Assembly (NCBI RefSeq): GCF_001194135.2
Contig: NC_068996.1
Coordinates: 22,589,969 to 22,653,628, forward strand
Direction: 5' to 3'
Source of the DNA: Octopus bimaculoides
Lineage: Eukaryota
DNA: 63,660 nt
The stretch's first letter is position 1, and every line of letters begins with the position of its first letter. Positions 40,067 through 53,642 of this stretch are shown piece after piece. The notes beneath the pieces were generated by a model, which saw only the letters and a program-made list of their open reading frames with translations, was not told the DNA's origin and made no database searches. A program made the position numbers and the translations under genes.

Positions 40067-43000
40067 CTGCAAAAGTATAACAAACAGACAATATTATTAT
40101 TATTATTATTATTATTATATTATTATTAACAACTTTAATAATTTTATTTTAACATGTAAAAGTTGATAGTTGTAATAGAGACATTAGTCTCTCACTATCA
40201 CCTTTCAACATAATTATATATGAAGAAACAGTAGAACAATTTAACAACATAATAAAAATAAGTTTTATTTTTGATGATGCTTGGTTATATAAATCCTGTG
40301 TCACTCAGCTTAGCAGCCACTGATTAAGTTGTAGTTGGTATTGGAAAGTTAAGAGCTTCCTTGATGCCTGCCAGAGAAGCAAGTAGCTATCACCATCGAA
40401 GGCATCGTGGTGAAGAGTGCTTCAATGAGGAGCGAGGTGTTGTCACGTAGAAAGTCTCTCGCTCAACTCACTTACAAAGTGAAACCAACTCTTTAAGTAC
40501 TAGTTTTACTACGCATGCGCACTCGAGGGGCTTCCAATGGTGAAGTCCCTTGCGCAGAATAGTACTTCCTCAATGGCAGCTATAATTTCGCGCCACTACA
40601 AACAAAATATAACCACACTTGATTCTACATTACCACATTCCACTTAACCTGTGATAGACTGGTGCCTTAACCCCGTGAAGGTTTATTTCTCATCTTCTCT
40701 GTTGTGTTTCTATACACAACACTATATTCTACATTGACACAGTCCACCTAGGCACTGGAAATATATACCAGATTGATCTTTAGAGACTAGTTACAATAAA
40801 ATTGTTTATTATTATCATCATTTAGTTTCTGTTTTCCATGCTGACATGGGTTGGACAATGGTAGACAGATCTTATTCACTACTCAACACGAGTCATAAAT
40901 TTCAAGATGCAGCTCACAGATGCAGTTTTTTTTAATATTTGTTTAGTATGGAAGAAGGACTGACTATGTCTTCACAGATCATCTTTGACTGGTGAGATTG
41001 ACATAAATAATGTTACTCTTGAATAGTTAGTTGCAAGGTAAAAGTATAGCAAAAGTATGAGCAGGAGTGGATTTCCAGAGGACAGATGTTCTGGATAAAA
41101 GCACTGGATATACTGGTCTGGGTAGGGCCTGTGAGCAGAGTTGGGGTAGATACATTATGGATAACTAGAAGAGGAAAGATAAATGAATCAAAAGTGTTTG
41201 AATGGAGGTTGTATGAGACCAGCCAGCTCTGAGGAGCAGAGGCCATTATAGTGAAGGAAACAGGACATCTGTGGGCCAAAGGTTGGAGTGAGGTGGCTTG
41301 TGATTTCATGCTAATAAGTTGGGTGAACTTTACAGAGTATGGTCTAGGATGGCTATTGAGTGTAGCAACAGTGCACGCTCAGAAATGGGAGTAATAGTCT
41401 TCCTGTGTTAGTCTCACCTTAGTCAGGTAGGAAGACAGTGCATGATTCTAGAACATTTAGAGTATTTACAAATGAAAATATTTAGAAGGTGGTGAGCTGG
41501 CAGAAATGGTAGCATGCCGGGCGAAATACTTAGCAGTATTTTGTCTGCTTTATGCTCTGAGTTCAAATTCTGCCAAGGTCGACTTTGCCTTTCATCCTTT
41601 CGGGGTCAATAAATTAAGTACCAGTTGCATACTGGCATTGATCTAATCGACTGGCTCCCTCCCACAAAATTTCGGGCCTTGTGCCTAGAGTAGAAAAGAA
41701 TATTTAGAAAATTTCTCTAATAATCATGATATAGAGTGATTTTATGTCAATTACCAATATTGTGTAACAGTGGCATTTAGTAGGCACTTTGAGTGCCTTT
41801 AGTAGTATCCTTTCTGTTGCAAACATTCTAAATATCCTAAATGATCTAGAATCTTGCATCTTGTAACAGAAAGGATACCCGTACTAAAGGCAGCCATAGT
41901 GCCTACTAAACACCACTGTTACAGAATATTTATAATTGATTTAGAATCATTCTATATCATGATTATTAGAGAAATTTTTTTAATATTTTCATTTGTCAAT
42001 ATTCTTAACGTTCTAGAATCATGCACTGTCTTCTTACCTAACGAAGGTGAGACCAACACAGGAAGATCATTATTCCCATTTCTAGAACCTTGTGGTCATT
42101 GTAATAGGTGTTTAGTAGTTGTTAAGAGTTGAAGTATTTTCTGGATCTAAACAAGAAGGTCAGCATTTGTCATGTAGTTTAAATATATATTTGATGATGC
42201 ATGATCCTCAGTGACAGTGGAACTCTAGCATTTGTAGTAATTCTGTTAGGAGAGTATTGTAGTTCGCTTGAAGCATTGTGTATTGTTTGTAAAGAATAAA
42301 AAGTTTAGAATGGTACAACAATGCACTATAGAACAAAAAATGGACTATATACCTGTTGTAATTTGGTTATCTATAGTCCGATGATATTTCAGAATTACAA
42401 TTCCTTCTTCAGATCTTCTTTGCTGGAGTCTCTGCTATAAACTGTGTTCCAACGGTTTTCTTTTTTTTGGAAGCGTCTCAGTAGTGGTCTCACGAAGCTT
42501 CTTCCGGAATTCCCCATGAGAAGTGCGTGAGGTCTACTCAACACAACACACACGAGATTGAAACATAGCAGAAAACAGTTTATAGCAGAGACTCCAGTAA
42601 AGAAGATCTGAAGAAGGAATTGTAATTCCGAAATATCATTGGACTATAGATAACCAAATTACAACAGGTATATAGTCCATTTTTTGTTCTATAGTAATTT
42701 TGATGTTTTCAGTTGTGTGTTGCTCATGTTTAAGGGTGGGTGTTGTATATGTATAGTGATTATGTCTTTGTGCTGTTGAAGAAAACAAGATTGACATGAT
42801 CCCATTGGAGAATATAAGTTTTGAAATTTATGCACATGTAGGTAGTGTTGGTTTGGTATGTGGTGTCTCAACCCGATATGTTGTTTGTTTTTTTGTTTTG
42901 CTTCAGATAATTGGGAATTTTCCCTTTGTTGCATTCCCTGTAATACCATCTCACATTGAGGTGCAAACAAGCCAAAGCTGGGGACCCTTGCAGTGTGTAA

Positions 43001-46000
43001 CCAATTGACCTGCTAGAAGTAATATCCAAGATCACCTTCCATCTTTAAGAAAAGCAGAACATATTGGTGAAAAGTGTTTATTATCTGCACAAGAGTAAGC
43101 ATTATTGGAAGTGACAGTAATAACTAGGTTGTTAATGTATAGAAGAAAGAATACAGAACAAAACTAAGCTTTGAGGCAAACTGGATGTGCTAGAATGTCG
43201 ATCAGCAACAGTTCCATGCACACACAACTCTACAATCTAACAAGAAGCCACTGACCCAAAATGTGAGACACAGATGGAGCCCTATGCCAAAAAAGTATAT
43301 CAAAAGATATCACATATGCAAATAAATATAAAGTATACCAACAAAAAGAGTATAACAACAAATATAACATAAATTAACAATTAGACCTACTCACCATAAC
43401 AGAACTGAGATCCCAAAACCAAGGTGCCACATAAAAAGTAGGTGCTGGTGCCATGTAAAAATCACAGGTAATGGTGTCACGTAAAAAGCAATGGTGATGG
43501 TGCCATGTAAAAATCACAGGTAATAGTGTCACGTAAAAAGCAATGGTGATGGTGCTACATAAAAAACACCCAGTATACTCCATAAAGCGGTTGGCATTAG
43601 GAAGAGCATCCAGCTGTAGAAACCAAGCCAAAACAGACTATGGAACCTGGTGTGATTTCAAGCCTTGCTGGTTCATGTTAAGCGATACAACCCATGCTAG
43701 CATGGAAAACGGACATTAAATGTTGTTGTTGGTGGTAATAATGATGATCATAATGATGATATATGAAAATAAATCATGTGGTTGTTAGTTTGTTTTTTTT
43801 TGTTCACAAGATGGTTGGTAATTATATTTTATATTTTAGTTAGATAGGAAGACAGTGNNNNNNNNNNGTATCTTCAAACAAATGATGTGTCTCAAATGTT
43901 TGCAAGAGAAAGGACACTACTAAAAGCACCCAAGGTGTTTCTTGTATAATCCTTTCTGTTGCAGGCAAAACTATAGCTAAAATCTAACCTGCCTTTTGGT
44001 AGTTAAATGACATATGGTCATATGTCATATAGGCTATCAAAAAATATATTATATGATGGAATATTAAATATAAAATATTACCTGAGGTATAGGATATTTA
44101 GTAGGGTAAGGAGCACTGTCTCTACTGAAATCAATCATTGTTCCACATTTTGGTATGTCATCAACCCAAACACCTTCATACAATTGGCCAGAGTCAAGAA
44201 AGAAGAACTTTCCTCGGCCGTTTTTCATGTCTTTTTGCCACAAACCTTCATAACGGTTTTCATTTGCTACAAAACAATAAATAGAAGACCTGACAAATTT
44301 AGAGTTAATTAACAATAACAACAAGGACCACAACATTGTAGAACATTCAGAATATTTAGAAAACTTCTCTGATAATCATGATCTAGAGAGATCTTAAGAC
44401 AATTACAAATATTCTGTAACAGTGGTTACCAACCATTTCAATCCCTTATACCTCTAGGAAATATTTTATTACAAAACTAATATCACTGAAAAAAATGAAG
44501 AAAAATAAAATAAGCTGTGGATACAGTGCATAAAATGTAAATGTAAATTGATCAATTAGTAAAAAAAATATGTTAAACAGTAAAATCAATCTCAATTGTG
44601 AAGATAAATTCAATGACTTCTTTGTTTTGGCTTATAAATTCTGATTTTATCAAATCATGGATCTTTTTTAGGCTTGACTGTGGATTCAGGATATTTTTAG
44701 ATTTTGTCTTGATTAATAAATGACAATTGAATCCATATTCACACAAGGATGTTGTCTTAAAGATACAGTCATTGGTCCTAATCTTTTAAACCTACATTTA
44801 AAGTTCTTGGTGTGCTTGGTAGAATAAAAGTATTCCAAAGAGTGAGTTAGTAATTTTATTCTAGAAAGTAATTATAATACAGTATATACTTTGTTCTTTG
44901 TCGTACACCTCAGACTATCATCTCAGATCCTCTGGCAATGCAAACACCCTAGGTTAGGAACTTTATGTAGTCATTTGACCTGCTAGAAGTGATACCCAAT
45001 TGTATCCTCCTGTCTTTAAAAAAGGGATAATACACCGGATAATGTTAGTCAACTGTGTTAAAGAAATAAGAAAAGATGGTCAAGGCTTGAATGGCTTTGA
45101 TCCAAGCTTTTAGCCAGTCACTGCCATCATGGAACAACAACTACAGTACCAACTAAATGTCTTGAAAATGAAAGAATTATTTGGACAAGATTCTTGAAAA
45201 TAAAAATATTTGTGTGTGTGTGTGTGCAGTGTGCATATGTATGTGTGTGTGTGCACATGCATATGTGTGTGTTTGGATGAGTGTGGGTGCTTGAATGTGT
45301 ATGTGTTGTGTATGTGTAGAGTATATGTGTTTATGTGCATGTATGAAGGGGTACCCAAAAGTAACCAGAAATGACCTCTGAGGGACAAACTCATTGTAGT
45401 TCAGGCTTCCACCGCTAGAATCCATTTGGTGTGATCCTCAGGCATCAGTCTGCTGACCAGCATTGTTCAGTTAAGTCATACTGCTATGTGGTGCATCTTT
45501 GTTTTGCAGTACTTCTCCCCTGTTTGTCAATTTTTGCAATGGCTGAAACGAAGGAACAGTGTGCTTCCATAAAATTCTGTTTTCTGCTGGAGAAAACGGC
45601 AGCTGAAACAGTTGTCATGCTTCAAACAGCATACAAGGCTGCTGCCATGAGCAAAACACAAATTTATGAATGGTTTCCATGCTTTAGGAATGGGCACTTT
45701 TTGCTTGAACACCAACCTTATTCAGGGCGACTGTTGACCTACTGAAGGAATGAAAACATCATGAAAATTCACGAACTGATCTTGGAGGACTGTTACTGAA
45801 CAGTTGACAAACTTGTTGATATGACTGGTGTGTCCTGGAGCTCCTACCAATGAATTTTGAGCAAGGAATTGCAAATGAAAAGAGTTGCAGCAAAATTTGT
45901 GACTTGCTTGCTCATGGAAGATCAAAAGCAGTCATAACTGAATATGTGTCTTGAACTGAAAGAATAGTTGGAAGTTGATATGGACCTTTTTTTTTTTGAA

Positions 46001-47676
46001 GGTCGTCACTGGTGATGAAAGCTGGTGCTACAGAATTTGCAGATGTGGAAGAGATGAAGAAAAAGAATGATGGAGGTGCAAAAAAGCATCACTTTGCAAG
46101 TGTTCCAGGACTGCTTTGAACAGTGGAAAATGCGTCTGGACAGATGCATTGCTTCAAATGGAGAATACTTTGAATGTGGTAAAAGTATAAACATGTAAAA
46201 CTGAGTGAATTAAATAATACTGCAAAAATTCCGTTTTTTGGGGGGTACCTCCTTGTATGTGTGTAGTGTCTGTGCATATATGTGGTTCCAGGTTCAGTTC
46301 CACTGTGTGGCACCTTAGGCAAGTGTCTTCTACTATAGCCTTGGGCCAACCCAAGCCTTGTGAGTGTATGTATATATATCATCAATGTACTCTAAAGTAC
46401 AGAGGAGTAATGTATATATACATAATAAACACACACAACTTATGGGTTTTCATAGGTTTCATCTTTGGTTGGCCTGGAGCTATAGTAAAAAAAAAAAAAA
46501 CTTGCCTATGGTACTAGGCAGTGGTAGTGAACCCAGAACCATGTGGTTGGGAAGAAAACTTCTTACCACACAGCCATGCCTATGCCTATATTGTCAAATA
46601 TTTTAGAGAAAAACCATCTCACCTAACCGTAACATGCCTTGTCCATTTCTCATGTCATCATACCATTCTCCTTCATAAATACTGCCATCAGCATAATACA
46701 TCCGACCCCAGCCACTCCTTTTGTCACAATACCATTCACCTTCATAATATTCATCTGAATTGTAAAAATGGGAACCATATCCCTGAGAAAGAGAAATGAA
46801 AAAGAAAAAGATAAAAGACAGTGAACTATTTACATAGATTTTTAGATAGTTACCATTAACAGCTTACACACAAAAACAAAATAACATTTTAAAATTAAAT
46901 TAAATTATTTTAATTCAGTTTCTTAATAATAAGTTTTAATTATAAAGATTATGAAAATTACAGTTACAAAAATTCTATCACTCATCATGAAGAATATACT
47001 TGGAAATAATCCTTGTTGTTGTCATCATTTCTAATGTTCACTATCCAGTCCATGCAGTGGGCTGGATAGAGTTTATTGTGGCAGATTTTCTATGGCCAGA
47101 TGCCTTTCCTTTCATCAACCCTCACTTGTTTCCAAGCAAAGTAATATTTTCCCTTAGCCAGACATGTTCTCATAGAATACTGCATTACAGAGATACTCAT
47201 TTATAACAACCACGTGGTGTCAAGATAAGGGGACACAAACATACACACATTTACATGCACATACATACATACATGCACGCATACATACATACATACATTG
47301 TTGGCATTCCGTCGCTTACGACGTCGCGGGTTCCAGTTGATCCGATCAACGGAACAGCCTGCTCATGAAATTAACGTGCAAGTGGCTGAGCACTCCACAG
47401 ACACGTGTACCCTTAACGTAGTTCTCGGGGATATTCAGCGTGACACAGTGTGACAAGGCTGACCCTTTGAATTACAGGCACAACAGAAACAGGAAGAAAG
47501 AGTGAGAGAAAGTTGTGGTGAAAGAGTACAGCAGGGTTCGCCACCATCCCCTGCCGGAGCCTCGTGGAGCTTTAGGTGTTTTCACTCAATAAACACTTAC
47601 AACGCCCGGTCTGGGAATCGAAACCACGAGTCCGCTGCCCTAACCACTGGGCCATTGCGCACATACATACATACAT

Positions 47677-47707
<31 letters not shown>

Positions 47708-50700
47708 TATACATACATACATACATACATACCATCATCAGTATCATTTGATGTCCATGTTCCAAACTGAGTTACAGAAATTTACAGGATTTGATGGGTT
47801 CAAAGACTGCATTTTTGTTGTAGAGGAGCTGCATGGCTAATCACATTTAGGGAAGAGAGCTAGACTGAGTCAGAAGGAGTTGCAAAGAGATCAATAATGG
47901 TGATGAACTATCCAGGTAGTCCCTCAAGATATGAGGTGAGTAGAAGTATGGGGACAAAGAAACTGGAAGTGTGAGTGGGTAGGGGATTGTAAGAGTGTAT
48001 GGGGAGCAATAAATAGGGGAAATGGGATAGAGTATGGGCGGTAGGCAACAACTGTAAAAATTGAGTAGAGCTGAAGGGTGTACAACAGGCTTCTTTCAGT
48101 TTCTGTGTACCATATTCATATTTTTTTTCCAGAAATTCGATCTCTCTACATCTATAAGTGTAGTAAAAGTAACTTTCTAGGTATTACATCAGATCTGAAT
48201 TCAGGATTATATTATTCATATCACAAGTCTAATGAGAACCTCAATTATGTCTATAGACTATTATACCATCCCAGATTATGTTGTCAATAGAATAGTTAGG
48301 AATATCTTGATTAGGGTCTCCAACCTTCTTGTCAATGAACAGATTTTCTGCAAAAATGTGGAACGCTATAATAAGTTTCTTATGTGAACCAGATACGATA
48401 ATATTATTAAATTTATCCTGGACACCAAGCTCAAACTGTCTCTGAAGGGCTGTAGAGGTATGGAGAATCTTCACAGTACTAGTGGTGGAAACTTACCAAA
48501 TAGCTTGCCTACTCAACAAGAGTCAAATGACCTTGGAACCTGTAAGCCAACCCCAGTGGGTCAAGTGGAACAACTCACCACAGCAATAACCTGACTTCCA
48601 AGCAGTATAGCACACAGCCCATCTGGCCCAGTGATGACCCCAGGCATACTAATTGTGGGAAAACTGAGTGGATGTGTTGCAACACTGGTTCCACATGGAG
48701 TACAACACAGCACCTAGAACAGAGCCCTTAGGGCATTAAACAGAGGACCCTTGACCACCACATGGGGAGACTATCAACCATGATGGTAGACAGAAGAAGA
48801 GAAGGGGATAGGTAATTGGTTACAGTCCACCTTTCTCATCTAATGCCAAAACCAACGTTCCCAGAAACAGTTTCCAGATATTTGCAAAAGCTTTTCTCCT
48901 TTAGTATAGATACCATAAAATTTTCAACAAGAATTCATTCAAGCTATCCACACCACATATGGCCAGTATTATAGCTGTTTCAAATAGGCTGAAGTGTGCT
49001 AGACATAATGTGTGGACCTGCTTTGGGGAAACAGTAGATTCTGAGACTGCCTTTAGTGTTGACCCCAACCTGGATCGTGCACACCCGAGTATCCACTCCA
49101 GAAGAACCTATGGGAGCAGGAAAGGTCACAGGACAGGTAAAACTTCCAGAAATTCCTTGGTTATGTGTGTGAATCTGGACCCTACATCATAGGTTGCACC
49201 AGCCATATATGCATCCCACCAGTCACTGCCAAACAGGAGGTGCCCAACAAACTAGTCTACCCCAAGGCCCCACCACCTGAATATAATTGCTACACTTCTG
49301 TGGATTGCTTCTTGGGTGGGTAATGCATACATACAAATATTGTGTTTAAATGTGAGGTATTTAATTACACACTAGAGTAGAAAATTCTAGCTCCCCAGCT
49401 TATTAGTTTTTAAACAGATGTTAAATGATGATGAATCACATTTTAACGCTGTGAAACAATGAATTTCTATGCACTGGTACTCCTCCAACCAGGGATTTAA
49501 GCATTCTGTTCCACTAGCTGAGTATATCCATAGATTAGATGATTATAGGATTATCTGTAAACTGAATTGGTTGGTACTGGGAAACAAAATACCCAACTAG
49601 GGAGGTAGATTATGTACAAGGGGATAGTTGGAGATTATACTAGCTAATAGTAAACACGTGATTAGTTTAGTAGTTAGAGTCGCACTCATAATTGTAAGAT
49701 TGTGGTTTCAATTCTTGGCAACATGTGTTCTTGAGCAAAACTCTTCATTTCTCATTGCTCCAGTTTACTCAGCTGGCAAAAATGAGTAATCCTGCAATAG
49801 ATCAGAGTCCTGTCCACTGGGGAAATATATACACGCCATAGAATCTGTGAAACTGGCTTTATGAGTTTGTGGTTCAGGAAGGAGCCACAAACTCATAAAG
49901 CAATTGTTGTTGTTATTAATGTCACTGTCATGGTCATGTCTACTAAGATATAGGAAAGTGTAACCTTGAACTTCTGTGATTTGTTTGTTTGTCTCCTGCT
50001 GCATTGCGCCACTGATGATGTTGATAATTTGCATAATGGGAATATATTGGGTCATTTCATAAATAATGTGTTTTTCAAATGCATGTACTAAAAGTCAGAG
50101 GGGGATGGGGTAAACTACCTGAATCAACTTGCTATAAAAGCAAGTAGTAATTTTATCTTAACCTTATTCTTAGTGCAAGTTTTCAAGAGTGCAGTTTGAT
50201 TTTAACAGTTATTTTTTCAAAGCTGTAATGGAAGTGACAAAGGAGCATATTTGGTATATTTTGCTTTATGAGTTCAATAAAGGCAACAATGCAATGGGAA
50301 GTGCGAGGAATATTAATGCAATACATAAGAATTGGACAATAAGCATAAGCCAGTGTCAACAGTGGTTCCAGAAATTCCGAGCTAGAAACTACAGCCTGGA
50401 AGATGAACCTCATTCTGGAAGATCTGTAGAGTTTGACAAGGATGTCTTGCAAACCCTGGTGGAACAAAATCCCATGGAAACTGCTGAGGAATTAGTAGAG
50501 AAGCTTGGATTTGGTCATTCAACCATTCATCGACACCTGAGTGCCATCCAGAAAAGTCAGCTAATTGGGTCATTTAGTTCCTCACAAACTTTTCGAGCCT
50601 AATCGCGTGCAGAGAGTGAATGTGTGCTCTTCTTTGCTGTCACATCTCACAAATAAACCTTTTTTGGACTGAATAGTGATTGGTAATGAGATATGGGTTC

Positions 50701-53610
50701 TCTATAAAAATGTTAAGCGCTGAAGGCAGTGGGTAGGAGAAGGAGAAACACCGGCACCCCAGGCTAAAGAAGGTCTTCACCCGTGTAAGGTGTTGTTATT
50801 TGTTTGGTGGGATATGAAAGGTTTAGTCCTCTTTGAACTTGTAAACCCAAACCAAACGATAGAAAAGGAGATCTACAAGCAACTTGAGTGGATTAAGTCA
50901 GCGCTAGAAGAAAAACGACCATCTTTGGTTTCAAGACGAAAGATGTTCTTCCACCAGGATAATGTTCGGCCACATACAGTGAGGATGACATTCCAAAGGC
51001 TGGAGTAGTTTCAATGGGAAACGATGCCCCACACACCATATTTGTTGGACATTGCCTCATCTGATTATCATTTATTCCGCAGTTTTCAAAATCATTTGGA
51101 CAGAAAAATATGAATTCTGTAGATGAGGTCAGAACAGTACTGGAGGAGTATTTTTTTGTTATGGATAAGTGAATTTTGGAAGAGGGAATCTTGCAAGTCT
51201 ACCAGATAGATGGAAGAGCACTGTAGGAAATGAAGGAGAGTATATTTTAGATTAAAAAAGAACTTTGTTTATCTTAATTTTGAAAAATAAAAGTATGGAA
51301 AAAATGCATTATTTATGGGATAACCCAATATTTTGAAAATTTAATACCATTCATTGTATTTTTTGCTAAACACTGAAGAAGTAGATTAACAAGATTATAT
51401 AATGTACATGCACACACACAAACAATGAGTGATAAAATGCTAGTCTAAGTGTAATATAGATAGTCACTAAGTAGTACTTAGAGAGATCAGAATCTTGAAC
51501 TCCAGCATCACCAGGGTGAGGTAGTCCAGAGGTAGAAATATTGGCTAGAAAAACAATGAAAATTGAGGGAGTACAGAAATAGAAAGACAGATAAATGATG
51601 ACAGGTGTAATGAGTGTATTTATATGGAAAGATGTGTATACAATTTACATAATGTAATCATGTCTTATTTTTACAGCTGTTTCAAATGGTTGATGACTGG
51701 TTGATATAACAATGCATTTTATGTAAGCAAGTGCCATACTGAGGCAATATTTGTAAGTATATATATAAGGCGGTGAGTTGGCAGGATCATTAGTATGTTG
51801 GGCAAAATACTTAACGGTATTTTATCTGACTTTATGTTCTGTGTATCAATTGATCACTGAGGTAGGTATAGTTGACTTACCCACTACCCCCAAATTGCTG
51901 GCCTTATGCCAAAATTTGAAACCAGTAATGTAAGTATATATATATATAATGTAAGTATATATATAGTATCAACCAGTATGGAATTTGATAGTTCTGTGCA
52001 GCAGAGGCACATCATTCCCTTCAGAAGATAAAAGGCAAATTTTAGAAAAAAAAAATGGTTTGTTCTCTAAATCATAAGTTATTTGTTAAAATGCTAGTTC
52101 TAGTTTAGTCCCATTCTTAAACTGTCATCATGATCATCATTCATTTTTCAATGCTTACATGGTTCGGATGGAATTTATAGAGGCAGATTTTCTATGGCTG
52201 GATGCCCTTCCTATGACTAACTGTCACCTGTATCCAGTAAGATAATATTTCTCTGGCCAGACATGTTTCCATGGAAGATTGGAAACAAATTGCATTGCTT
52301 GCATGATAGTCAATTGCATACAACTATCATACTATATCAAGACAAGGAGGAGATAGTAACACACACATATATAGGTAGAAAGGCAGAAAACACTAATAGG
52401 GTGGGGATGTATATATATATATGGGAGAATTTACGAAAAAAACAACAACAGACGAGGACAGGTGGTGTAAACAACAAAAGGATGTATTAGTTTAATGCTC
52501 GGGAATAGAGAAAGTCTTTAACGTTTCGAGCTATATATATATATATATATATATATACGGCATAGAAAATGCAGAATACAGAAGAAAGAAAAAAAAAAAA
52601 GAACTCCTCTCAAGTAGGGCAATGAAACAATCTACTTACCCCATCATTCACATACAACATCTCAAAACTCAGGGCATATCCTACAGCTTGTCCTGATCTT
52701 TAATTTTTGGAGGAACCCCTTACAATACATATCATCACATTTGTAAATTATGTTGCAGGGAGTCACTCACTGTATTATACCAAAATGAGACCTCTTCACT
52801 AAATCAATTCTCTGATGTAATCTTTGCTTGTTGACAATTAATTCTACAGGACTTTTGCCCATTACATAAAATCATGGTTACTTCTCTTTGTCTTAGCTAA
52901 AATTCTCTTTTACTGATTGTAATTTCTTTCACCACTCCCTACTCCCTTACCATAGTGATTAATTTATCACATGTCTCTGTTCTTAACTGTTTTATCTTGT
53001 CAGTGAGGTTTCTACATTGGTCCTTCTGCCATTTTACATTGACAATGTTACCTCTTCAGGCAACCATTAACTTTATCTTCTCTGTCTAGTCTTTGTCAAA
53101 TAGTATCATCTCACATCTCCCCTTAACCACCCTTTCCATTTTACTGTTCCCTCAGCTTCCTTGAGCCCCTTCCTCATCACTTCATTCTGTTCTCATGAAA
53201 CCTCTCTTGTACACGTTGCTATGAAATACACGTTTGCCACTTTGATCTTGGTGAGGGATGCTTAACTTACTTTAACAATTTCATTGGAACTATGACATCA
53301 TGCAAATACTATGTATGAATATGTTTATTATGTAAGTTATCTTTGTCCCGAAACAGCTGTTGAGATAGGATTTTACATAATTCTTGTTTTATTTTATTTT
53401 TTTCTTTATTCTGGAGCCTGTATTTTGTACTCCTACCTGTGTTAATCTGCCTTTCTACCTCCATAACACCTTGATAATAATTGTTCTTATAGCTAACTTT
53501 CAAAGCAGAGGCACTACCTCTGGATGATGAGGTTGGTGTTTAACTTCCCAACTATTTGAGTACTGCTCAGGGTTAACTTTACATGTTTACTTCACTTTCA
53601 CTTAACTCAC

Positions 53611-53642
<32 letters not shown>

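Noticed and set aside
40390-40600. snRNA/snoRNA gene (U3-, U4- or 7SK-like hairpins GAGCGAG/CTCGCTC and CACCA/TGGTG)
   Set aside because: No convincing match to the recalled conserved boxes; an Rfam search would be needed.
48078-49330. Short ORFs suggesting a LINE endonuclease or RT
   Set aside because: Motifs are ambiguous and in inconsistent order; probably a decayed repeat but not classifiable by eye.
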